Part shown: piece after piece, positions 53,421-64,000 of the stretch
Layout: each line of letters opens with the position of its first letter
How positions within the stretch are numbered: the first letter of the stretch is position 1
Source: Azolla caroliniana
Taxonomy: Eukaryota > Plantae > Polypodiophyta
NCBI GenBank assembly: GCA_043228905.1
Contig: JBHGNT010000004.1
Span: 4,216,001-4,280,000, forward strand
Length of the DNA stretch: 64,000 nucleotides
Direction of reading: 5' to 3'
Notes under the pieces: model-generated
What the model was told of the DNA's origin: nothing
Seen by the model: the letters and a program-made list of their open reading frames with translations, nothing else
The model's database searches: none
Made by a program: the position numbers and the translations under genes

Positions 53421-55947
53421 TGTTGCATGGAAATACGGTCAAAATTAAAGGAATACGCATGCAGCATTTTAGTTGTAAATTTTGAAGGAATATTTGAAGG
53501 GCTTCCACATCGTCCACATAAAAGGATGAATCTTAATTCCTCATTTGTATATCACTTACTTACCATGTCACATGCCTTCTATAGTTTCACGAGTTGTTCA
53601 TATTTGTTAGCCTTGAAAGTTTTAAAAATTCAACATTAAGTGACATACCCATGAGTTTATGCCCTGCTTAGGAAATGGTTACTCCATTGATAATAAATTC
53701 TAAGGCACCACCTCATGATAAAGAAGATGTACTTTAACAATATTCCCTTTGTTATAGAGTTGTGCTTGTTTAACAAGAGATGGACTTGAATTAGTGGGCA
53801 TGGTTAATCAACTTTTGATGCTTGGACTATAAAAACATGTCTATAATATTCAAGGATCTAAGGCACGCCTTCAAATACTTTTCTAGAGCGAGGTTTAGGA
53901 TTCTAAAACTAAATGACTTGGCAATAGTCATTATGCATGGGAGGAGATGATGAAGTGTCGAGCTCGTGGTTAGAATACACATAGACTATTATTCTCATCC
54001 TCGGTTTTGCTTTCTCTAAATCTAGTATTGGGCAATATCTACATTGAGGAGTGATCTTTTTTACGTTGTCGTTCCCAATTTGGTCCACGAAAAATATAAT
54101 AGTATGTATTGAAAGCTAATATGTGAATGTCAAAGCAAAATCTTAGAGCCTAAGGATTGCCACATTTCCAAAGACTATAATACTCATATAATATACGACT
54201 TTAAAGGCTATGGTTGATAGTCTAGTCTAGCATGGAGACAAGACAAGGTTCCAACTAGATCACACATGGATGGGCAACCATGCATGTATGACGAGCATGG
54301 ACCAGAATATGGATCGTAGAAATGAATGTGCATAATATGAATTGGTGATAAGGATTGGCAAAGCAACACAACATGTGCCTGTAAGCGGGCATCATAACTA
54401 AAACGAGGAGACAACAATGCTGCCCATCACCGCCTTCTTAGTGTGGTGTGGTGGATCAAGGACTATATATATACAAATACAATAGTTTTGAAGTTTTAAA
54501 TACATAAGCTAGAAGATGTGTTAAGGCTAGTAAATCCAACCAAAACTACAACCATTTGGCTGGACTATTCGACTATTCAAGATATGCTAAGTCTATCCCT
54601 AGGATTGGTTCTAGTTCATTGAATTGAGTTAGTACAATTTGACCTTAGTACATCTAGATGTCATGGATTCATTGGAATTTGGCTCTATTCTTATATATAT
54701 ATATATATATATATATATAACCTTAGGAATGGCCATTTAAGAGGACATTTGTTATACATATATGCATGGTGTAAATCTCCTAAGGTTATAACTATATGTA
54801 TATAATAATATGCAAGATTGGTGGAAAGCCAAAGTTAGGAGAGAGCATGGATATAAATGTAGGCAATCTTGAGTAGAATAAAATGTATACATATATTTGA
54901 TGATCTTCTCAGTTTCTTGAAGATCAGAGAAAAGTAAGCGTTCCCCAACTTTAATTTTAATAATAAGGTTACAATTATCCCACCTCTCCTTAAATAATAA
55001 ATCCGTGAGATGAACCAACACAACATATATATATATATATAATCTGTATATATTGACTCTTTCCAAATTTATGTCTGTGGATTTCCTAGGATTTGGGCGA
55101 TATGGGCTTTATGTGATCGATTGATCTCTCGTTCACTTTGAATCAAGATTCAAATCGATTTGTTAGCTATGTTCCTTTGGATCTCATGGTTTTTCTTATT
55201 TACTTTGTGATATCTGTCTCTGTATGTGTGTGTGATGAGATAAAAACGGTAAAGATCTTGGGTTCCAATTTCCTTCAATTTTTGTTTGTTCGTTTAAATT
55301 GTTTTCTGCTTCTTCTTTTTTCTTTCGTCTTCTTGATTTTTTGTTTTCAAATTCTAAATCTTCTGAGAGTTTTCCTTTTAATGAAGGAAAGGAAATCAAA
55401 CAGAAAAAGCAGAGATTTTTAAAAAAAATGCTTTTACGTGAGCGGAATGATTGCTGTATAATTCTTCGCACGTGCGCAGAAAACCCAAAAAATTCAACCA
55501 ATCCCAAAAATCTACAGGAAATATATTCATAATAATACGATACAATCCTTCCTGCTCTTTTTTTCTTTTTTTGTCTTTTTGAATCCATGGCGATGAATAA
55601 ATCATTAGATTCCTAATTATAATTCTCTGTGTGCGAAATAAGCTTACACCGCTTTAGAATTACAGTTACGATTATAATGATCTACAATCCAAGAGCAGTA
55701 AATCGCAGATTTCGTATTAGCTTTTGATGGTATCGGCTGTGTACATACAAATTGCTTCAAAATCTGATTGGGAAATTAATTAACAAATCCAGTTGAGGAT
55801 TGAAGGGATGATTTTTAGCTGCTCATCGACTGCTGATTTGAAACAAAATTTAATTTCATATGCTCATCTCTGCCCCCCCTTCTACTGTCTCTGTGTTTAT
55901 TAAATCAATCCCATATTATTATCAGTAAAAAAAAACCCAAAAAAATC

Positions 55948-57935
55948 ATGAAATGTAATTCTTCTTCCTCAATTAACTTCTGGAGCGTCGCCGCCGCACA
56001 ATCACCGCCTGCTAATTATTCTCATAATCCTCATAGTAATTTTCCTGCAAACCTATCAATTACGCCACCGCCAATTGCGCAGAGGAGTGCTAATTGTGAT
56101 TATGACCATGATCAAGATGATTATGATGGAAAGCCTGCGATTAGAGTCCACCCCAGAAAATCTAATTCTTCCAGCCATTCCTCCTCCTCCTCCTCCTCCT
56201 CCACTCGATCCGCCAATTATGAGAAACGATTATGGACGGCGATGGCTGGATCGGCCCATCCCTATCAGAAGCAGCCACTCCACAATTATATGAAGATGGA
56301 TCAACAGTATGTAAAGCCGGATGATCGCGATCAATCTCAGATATTCTACACTCTCCAGAATGATTCAACCACACTGCCTGCGCCTAATCACATCATCTCT
56401 GCTAAACACGATCATAATCACGGGATTAAGGATGGATCTTGCGCTAATTACGATATCAGCGACAGTAATTGCAACCAGAAGAAGAAGACGACGAAGAGCT
56501 CTGCTGTTAGAAAGAGGCCCCCTCAGAGAGGATTGGGTGTGGCCCAGCTCGAGAAGCTCAGGAGGATGGACCCTACCACTGCCGCTACAATTAATCATAA
56601 TAATCATAACAATCTTATGATTCAGAAGAAATTAGATAGCCTTAATCATCCTCACCCTTGCATTAACTCAAATGCACCTTGTCGTAATTACGAAGAATTA
56701 AAGTGCAGCACGAATCAGATGCCATTATACACTGATTCAGCTGCCGATCCTACTCTCAGCAATAATTATTCTAGCGCAAATCAGTCAGCTTCGATCCATC
56801 CCAAGAAGATGGGTATATTATGTATTCGGAATCATCTGGATGGAAACGAAGGCCACAGATTGATTAGCCAATGTTTAATCCACCACGATGATGATCACCT
56901 TCGACAGAAACAGATCGTCAATCATAATACGCCCAGCTGTCTCAGTAACTTAATGATCGCTAATCCTGCACTGCAGCAAGGATTCATTTCAACGTCTAAT
57001 CATCAGACTTATGATCCTCCTCGAGATCGCGTGATGGGTCACAATACCTGCTGCCACGACCATCAATCGGGGACGAATTCATTCAGGTGCAACCCAACGA
57101 TCAATTTAGGGCAGGTATTAATTCTCGCCATTGTGATTATTCGTGCATTCTGATTCATTTTGGGAATTCTGGACACTGTGGAACAATCAGAAACGAAATC
57201 TAGATAATTGATAGCACTTAAAAGTAGTAACAAACAAAAAGAAATCGACACGAAGAATCAATAATTTAGGATTGTGGATTAATTCACAGATTAATTGAGC
57301 ATAAATGCTACTTCTTATCGATTTGATTTACATTTGCTCCTCTGTAAATTGCAGAAGATTAAGGATGGTCACCGCCGATCAGTATCAACGATAGATCATA
57401 ATACAGTTAACAGTGAGCGAATTAGTAAGCAATGCTCATCGAATTATTCCAGCGCAACAGAACCCCAAGAAGATTCCCTAGTGAATCTGTCTCTGTGCCT
57501 CTCTCGCGAACACAATCAAGAAAGCAGCTGTAGAAAACAGTACATGAATCAACAAACTGGGCAGCCAATGGGCCATTATAAGCACAAGGTCATTGTATTG
57601 CAAGAAATTAAGCTACCACAGGAGGCAAGTATAGATTAAGGCTTAATTAAAGAGTCGTTCGTATTTAGTGAATCAATTAATTGTAATTAAAGAGTCGTTC
57701 GTATTTAGTGAATCAATTAATTGTAATTGATTGATTAACTAAGCGATTTCTTACGATTTCCATGAGATTAATAGTTTTTTTTTGTTTGTTTGTTTGTTGT
57801 TGTTGTTTCTTGCAATTGCAGAGCACATGCTCTGATGATTCTCCTTGTCATCGTCAAGGCGCTATAATTGGGGGGCCACATAAGTACAAATGCGACCAGC
57901 TAGATCTGACCTTAAGGCTTTGGCCAGGATATTGA
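55948..57935 (+). CDS. SPEAR-family (SPOROCYTELESS/NOZZLE / TIE-like) EAR-motif transcriptional repressor. Exons: 55948-57114, 57355-57588, 57822-57935
   Basis: SPL motif RKRPPQRGLGVAQLEKLR preceded by a basic NLS-like KKKTTK. Phase-0 splicing yields C-terminal DQLDLTLRLWPGY*, which contains the EAR motif. Confidence 0.85.
57644..57728. repeat. Perfect 40-bp tandem duplication in SPEAR intron 2
   Basis: TAATTAAAGAGTCGTTCGTATTTAGTGAATCAATTAATTG at 57644 and 57684. Confidence 0.92.
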
Positions 57936-58604
57936 GCACCTCAATCCAATCCAATCCAATCCAATCCAAATCAAACGTATTATATAATGAGTCTCTCTGC
58001 ATCATGCGCCGCAATTTTCTTTTGAATATGATGTAAAAGAAATCTTTTTTTTGTTCTCATATGAATCAATTTACGCGATGAATTAGTAGTGAAAGAAAAC
58101 AAATTTTTAATTGTTTCAAAGGGTGAGAGATAGAGAGAATGCGGATGAAATGACGATGGTAATAGAATATGTAGATTGTGGGATCAAATTCAAACTTCAC
58201 ACAAACCTTAATTTGTCATAATATCTCCATAGTTCCCATAACTAGTCGTAACTAATTCTTACTTTTTTGATCGGTAATATATGAAAACGATAATTTAAGC
58301 TGCTAACAAATCGGTGCACATCCACAATATATTTCGATTGTTGTGTGTGAATAAAGAAAGAAAGGTCTTACTTATCTCCTAAATTGTGCCACGTTTAACT
58401 CGATATCTCTTGAATTAGAACTCTAAAATGCCGCCCCCAATGTTAAATTACCATGATTCATCGAATTTGGCCCCAAAAAATGGGTAAGATTAAATTAATT
58501 GAAAGCACGATTTCTCACACTTTGAGTTTTCAAGCACATGACCTTAATGATAACATTAGACGTACAAGTAACGTTTTAATATAAAAGAGATGGAAGATGT
58601 CAGT

Positions 58605-59160
58605 CATACATCACATTGGATAATTACTTTACCTTGCTTATGTAATCTCTCCAAGTATTTCCACCCCAACATGTGGTAGGATTTTGACATTGATTAATTA
58701 CTTTAGCTTGCCTCATACATCACATTGGTTAATTACTTTACCTTGTTTATGTAATCTCTCCAAGTATTTCCACCCCAACATGTGGTAGGATTTTGACATT
58801 GGTTAATTACTTTAGCTTGCCTCATACATCACATTGGTTAATTACTTTACCTTGCTTATGTAATCTCTCCAAGTATTTCCATCCCAACATGTGGTAGGAT
58901 TTTCACATTGGTTAATTACTTTACCTTGCTTATGTAATCTCTCCAAGTATTTCCACCCCAACATGTGGTAGGATTTTGACATTGGTTAATTACTTTACCT
59001 TGCCTCATACATCACATTGGTTAATTGCTTTACCTTGCTTATGTAATCTCTCCAAGTATTTCCACCCCAACATGTGGTAGGATTTTCACATTGGTTAATT
59101 ACTTTAGCTTGCCTCTTGCAATCTCTCCAACAAGTATTTCCACACCAACATGTGGCTGGA
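58605..59160. repeat. Higher-order minisatellite built from 74-bp and 35-bp modules
   Basis: Both modules begin ACATTGGTTAATTACTTTA[C/G]CTTGC. The anchor CATACATCACATTGG occurs at 58605, 58714, 58823 and 59006 (spacings 109, 109, 183). Confidence 0.93.
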
Positions 59161-60310
59161 AATCCTATAGATAGATAGCTAGATATCCGTGGATGTTGAG
59201 GTTGATTGCGAACTATGAGATGGGGCCTAGCACATGGTGGGGATCGAACTTGGGTTCTCTCAAAATTATGTCTGTGATGGTATCGTGTAAACCACCAAGG
59301 CAAACTACTAGAGAGAAAGATAGAACTATAGATACCAAGTTTTGTGTGTGTGTGTGTGTGTGTGTGTTGCAACGTATGCTTACTATGGGAGGTTTTGCAA
59401 TGCAAAAGATGTGAAGTTACACACGTACTATGCTTACGAGAAGTACAAAGACTATTGGCATGGCATCTCCACATTATACGTGCAAGTTGTGGATGGAGTG
59501 CGAGCAAGCATGGGAGAGTGGAACGCCACAAGGAGGATATTTGTCAACTTATTTGCTAGACAAGTGTTTCTCGTTAAAAGGAGCAATCATATATGTAGAG
59601 CTCTAATGTAAGTCCCTACAAATATAATGCACGCCACTAGTTTGTATATACGAACGTGCGCTTTAGGTACGCATGCAATGGCATGGTGTAAAGTTTTGTA
59701 CTTCTTCCTTCATAAGTTTGTGGCTAGACATTTTTTTTTTTTACTCTTATTATTTTTATGCGGCTGGATCTTTTCCTTTAATTTTCTATTATACAAGAGA
59801 TGATGCTAGATATTTCATTTTGTGATGCGGGAGGATATGGCAAGATGAGAGAGGGAGATCAAAATAAGAGAAACGTGAGAACGCAAATCATCGTCCCATG
59901 TGACCGAACGAGTAATGTTTGTTCCCCTCTATAAGAACGAATGGAATGCGAAGAAAGAAAGGGACATGAATGATGATGGGCCCATGGGATTTGTGTGTGT
60001 GGGTAGGATATTTTTTTTTCATGGATATGTGATATTAAAGTGGCGGGCGTGACGGTCAGGGGGGGAGATTGCGAGAAAGGGAAGCAAATGATGTGATGAG
60101 AGAGTGCATTTTTTCATGGACAGAAAGAAGGAGAGAGAGAGAGAGAGAGAAGGCATGGCAAGTGGATTGTGATGGGGATAAGTGCGCGGGTGGGGGCCCG
60201 GCAAACCACACACATACATATATAGATATATGTGTACAACTATGTATATATAGATAGATAATTGTACATACATATATAATATATGTGTACAATTATGTGT
60301 ATATATATAG

Positions 60311-60343
<33 letters not shown>

Positions 60344-60531
60344 TGTATGTATATGTATTTATATGATGTATGTATAATAACATGATATGTGTGTGTGTGT
60401 ATTGATGGATTTGGAGGAAATGAGAAGAAAAAGATTGAAGCATTGTAGACCACAAGGCAAAGGTTGAGATGCAAATTGATTTTTTATTTTTTTTGTGTGG
60501 GTAGTATAGAATGTAATGTATTTTGTTTGGT

Positions 60532-60534
<3 letters not shown>

Positions 60535-60582
<48 letters not shown>
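60535..60582. repeat. (AG)n microsatellite within an SSR-rich region upstream of the BBX gene
   Basis: Directly visible. Nearby are (TATG)n at ~60315-60350 and (TTTA)n at ~60651-60682. Confidence 0.9.
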
Positions 60583-60585
<3 letters not shown>

Positions 60586-60651
60586 TGTGGGGTTGGCATC
60601 ACATACATCCTCTTGCGATTTCACACCACAAGCTTCTCTCTCTCTCTCTCT

Positions 60652-60682
<31 letters not shown>

Positions 60683-60793
60683 GGGAAATATCTCTGTCTC
60701 TCTGTGTGTTTTACATTAGTGAAGGCCAGTAGGCCCCCGTCACAGAAGGCAATTTTCTTTTCGGCCAACCACAGGCCACTATTATATATGGTC

Positions 60794-60950
60794 GCCACGT
60801 GGCCTGATCTCTGCTGACTTGGCACGCCCCCGTCGACGTGGCAACTCGCCCAGCTTCTTTTCCCTCTTCTCTACTTTTCTTTTTTCTTTTTTCTTTTTCT
60901 GTTTTTCCTTTTCCTTTGCTTTATTCTTATTTTTTTGGTGTATTTATAAA
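60794..60950 (+). promoter_or_regulatory. BBX promoter: palindromic G-box, ACGT C/G-box (ABRE-like) and TATA-like box
   Basis: GCCACGTGGC at 60794-60803, GACGTGGC at 60835-60842 and TATTTATAAA at 60941-60950, about 500 bp upstream of the ATG. Confidence 0.6.
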
Positions 60951-60994
60951 AATGGGTTGCCTGCTTCAAAATCCTCTTCATTACGTTTTGTCTC

Positions 60995-61185
60995 TGAGAA
61001 GCAGAAGAAGAAATCAGAAGGAAGGAAGGAAGGAAGGAAGAAAGACAGAAGAAGAAGAAGAAGAAGAAATCAGAAGGAAGGAAGACAGAAGCAGAAGAAG
61101 AAATCAGAAGGAAGGAAGACAGAAGAAGAAGAAGAAATCAGAAGGAAGGAAGGAAGAAGAAGAAGAAGAAAGCTGAAGAAAGAGG
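60995..61185 (+). repeat. GAA/GGAA purine-rich repeat in the BBX 5' leader
   Basis: Repeated AGAAGAAGAAATCAGAAGGAAGGAAG modules. Confidence 0.85.
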
Positions 61186-61441
61186 CGTCGATCTCTCCTT
61201 TGTGTGCTCAGAGATCTCTGCTCCAATTTCGATTCTCCATCCATATCCATATCCATATCCCTGGGTGTCTGTATCCTTTTCCTGTCTCTGTCTCCCTCTA
61301 CCCTAGGGGTTTCATCCAACAGGAAATCGGAAGGATTGTGGCCATTTTCCTGCAAAAAAAAAATTCTTCCTTTCACCTTGAAATCTCTTCCCATCGCCGC
61401 CCTTTGCAGGCATTCTCTCCCGCTCTCTCTCGCCCCTTCAA

Positions 61442-62185
61442 ATGGCCCCTAGATTCGCCAACAAGCGGAGCCGTCCTGCTATCAACAGCATCCCGCCATC
61501 GCCAGACGGATGCCTTCAGGCCAAGAAGCAGAAACAGAAGCAGAAGCAGGCGCAAACGCAGAATGTAAACAAGCTTGAAGGCGCAGATCAGACATTCTTG
61601 TTGAAATCGAGTGAAGTGGGGAGAAAGCCCCATCATGACAGTTACAACTGTAAGGCGGATCGTGACGATTCTGTTCGGCCTTCTCCTGCAGCGTGTGCTC
61701 TGTGCGCGGGCCCTGCGGCGGTCTTCTGCCCCGCCGACAGCGCCTCTCTGTGCTGGGATTGCGACTCGCTCATCCATTCCGCCAATTTCCTGGTGGCTCG
61801 CCATGCCCGATCCTTCCTCTGCTCTGCATGTGGCACCGGCTCCGGCTCCGGCGCGGCCGCGGCCATGGCCATGGCTCCTCCTCACACAGGTACTGGGCCT
61901 CACCTCACACCCCGCCGCCTCTTCTGCGCCGCCTGCCTAACCCTAAACCCTCTTCTCCCCTCCCTTACATTTTCCTCCTCCTCCGCCACCGCCACCACCA
62001 CCACCACCACCATATCCTCCTCCTCCTCCAATCTCTGCCACAACCATGACTGCTCCAGCCATCTTTCCCTGAAGGCCATGCCTCTACCCACCTGCCCTTC
62101 CTCCTCCGAAGGCGCTGGTGACAGCCAGGAAGATGATTTCTCCACCATTCTTCTTCTTAAGCTTTTGCCCTCCACAATTACATAG
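61442..62185 (+). CDS. Single B-box zinc-finger protein (BBX group V-like, no CCT domain)
   Basis: B-box CALCAGPAAVFCPADSASLCWDCDSLIHSANFLVARHAR followed by LCSAC..FCAAC. GC-rich coding composition. The 3' end is uncertain because the frame stays open to 62338 after the TAG. Confidence 0.82.
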   Translation: MAPRFANKRSRPAINSIPPSPDGCLQAKKQKQKQKQAQTQNVNKLEGADQTFLLKSSEVGRKPHHDSYNCKADRDDSVRPSPAACALCAGPAAVFCPADSASLCWDCDSLIHSANFLVARHARSFLCSACGTGSGSGAAAAMAMAPPHTGTGPHLTPRRLFCAACLTLNPLLPSLTFSSSSATATTTTTTISSSSSNLCHNHDCSSHLSLKAMPLPTCPSSSEGAGDSQEDDFSTILLLKLLPSTIT

Positions 62186-62678
62186 GCAGATCTTGAAAAT
62201 CATGTTGCAGTTTTCCAAATTCCTGCCGCTCCCCAACCTTTGATCCTTCAAGGGCTCGAATACACAGCAGATCAGCCCAGCAGGACCTGGGTTCCTCCTC
62301 CTCCTCCTCCTCCTCCCATGGCGGCTTCAGAGCCATGATTACTCAGAGAAAATGCTATGTGGGAATTTTTTTAATTTTTTTTTGGGGGGGTGGGGGGATG
62401 GAGATTGTGTGGCCACAACAATAGCTTGTAGTGATTTAGCAGCAGGCAGTCATTAAAAAAGAAGAAGCAAAATACAATTAGCTTAGCAGCCTTACACAGT
62501 TTTTTGAAGGTTAATTCCTGTCTCTGTTAAAAGGGAGATAAAAGAATGTATCTATACTACTAGTACTAACACTTTTTAATTAAGTTCTAATGTTTCAGTT
62601 TATGGTTCATGCAAAACCACACCCATTACAACAAATAAAGGAAGAATTACCCATATGCCTATGTATGAATGAATGTAC

Positions 62679-62709
<31 letters not shown>

Positions 62710-64000
62710 TGTATGCATAGGTATGTATGATGGATGGATGTTGATAACAATACAATATTCTCATTCTCGTTCTATGGCCATCTCAGTTTTTTCTTAAGAG
62801 TCATATGTGTAAATACGGCCAATTATTCGTTTTGCTTTAACCTTAATTCTTGTATTAAAGTTTCTTCCCAACTATGTGTGTCATTTGTACACCCTAGAAA
62901 ACCAAGTGTCGGAATGATGTTTGTTGGCCACAATTCACCCGAGGCTTATCAAGCAAATGTACTTGCTCGACAATGAATGAATGAATTAATGAGTGCTTGG
63001 AATTGAATCAATTGATATGCTTAAATTGACTATATTTGCCTGCCCAGCATGTGTACTAATCTTGGTGTATAGATTTTCCGTTTCTAGCATTCAATTTGAA
63101 AGTCATGCACATGTAATATGTTCCCATTCATTCTTGTAGTTGTAAGTTGTACATTATAGAGGCTAGAGATATATGCACATAGACAGAGATGGTCATCAAG
63201 TTGTTGATTTGACGTACATGACTCACAAATATTAGCGTTTGTTTATAACCCAATTCATTGCTATCATTTAAGCTTTTGAAATCTTTCGGACTTCTTTTTT
63301 TCGAGGACATTTTGAAGGGTTTGCTGGATTCTACGACAAATTAAGGAAATAAAACAAAATTTCACAAAAGACTAGCTAAATATTGACATGTTTTGAAAGA
63401 GTAGATCTATTTTACATACATTCTAAGGTTTCGTAACCCATACATTCGCGCAACCATTTAGAGTGACAAACAATCATGCAAGTTGATTGTCCCAAATATG
63501 AGGTGAAAACCGTAAAATAAAGTCGTTCTTAAAAGCCTTGAAAGTAGTTTTGAAAATTGCCAAAGGGAAAATTTGAAAACTTTTGAGGACAAGTTTCAAG
63601 AAAATGTTGAGGAATTTTGAAGGACTTGCCTTATTTTCTACACTTTCTAAGGTCTCCTAAGTTCTAACCTAACATTCGTGCAACTATATTGAGTGAGAAA
63701 CAATGATACATGATTGCCTACGAGAATGGTTTAAGAAGTAGAATTCATTCAAAATTGATTGAAGACCATGTGGTGATGTGATATTCATGTAGTTTAGTAT
63801 ATTTTACCATGTGAGTCACATACATCTTGAACAAACAATGTGTAGTGCCCATTCATATATATCACATCCCAATCTTGAAATGGCTCTACAAATACAACAA
63901 TAATCTCGCCAACCCCACTTGGATTGTGCAAACTGTCACCACCTAGTTGGCCACACACATTGTCTAAGCAATCTCATTCACTATGTTGGTGGTTTTAGTT

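Noticed and set aside
58995-59611. ORFs of 71-178 aa over the minisatellite and (TG)n run
   Set aside because: Repeat-derived low-complexity frames with no homology cues.
60819-61568. 249-aa ORF and overlapping ORFs upstream of the BBX gene
   Set aside because: These are translations of T-rich and GAA repeats in the promoter/5' leader, with no domain.

Overview
AT-rich, intron-containing land-plant nuclear DNA. It is probably a fern or other seed-free vascular plant; this is inferred from the gene and transposable element (TE) repertoire, not proven. Six host genes can be modelled by hand from splice sites and conserved motifs: a 5'-partial SERRATE (+), a CRIB-RhoGAP/RopGAP (+), a PFK5-clade ATP-dependent 6-phosphofructokinase (-), an uncharacterised multi-pass membrane protein (-), a SPOROCYTELESS/TIE-type SPEAR repressor (+) and a single-B-box BBX protein (+). 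Between them lie a degenerate L1-type LINE with a 14-bp target-site duplication (TSD), a deleted chromodomain Ty3/gypsy element, tRNA-like SINE remnants and a TE nest at 42.5-50.3 kb. The most unusual structure is a ~1-kb foldback element with ~380-400-bp terminal inverted repeats, TGTTA...TAACA ends and a 5-bp TSD, which is an integrase/Ginger-like signature; a full-length copia insertion splits it. A second notable item is the PFK5-type enzyme, which appears to lack both the plastid transit peptide and the redox cysteine pair. All calls come from manual reading; no database searches were run.
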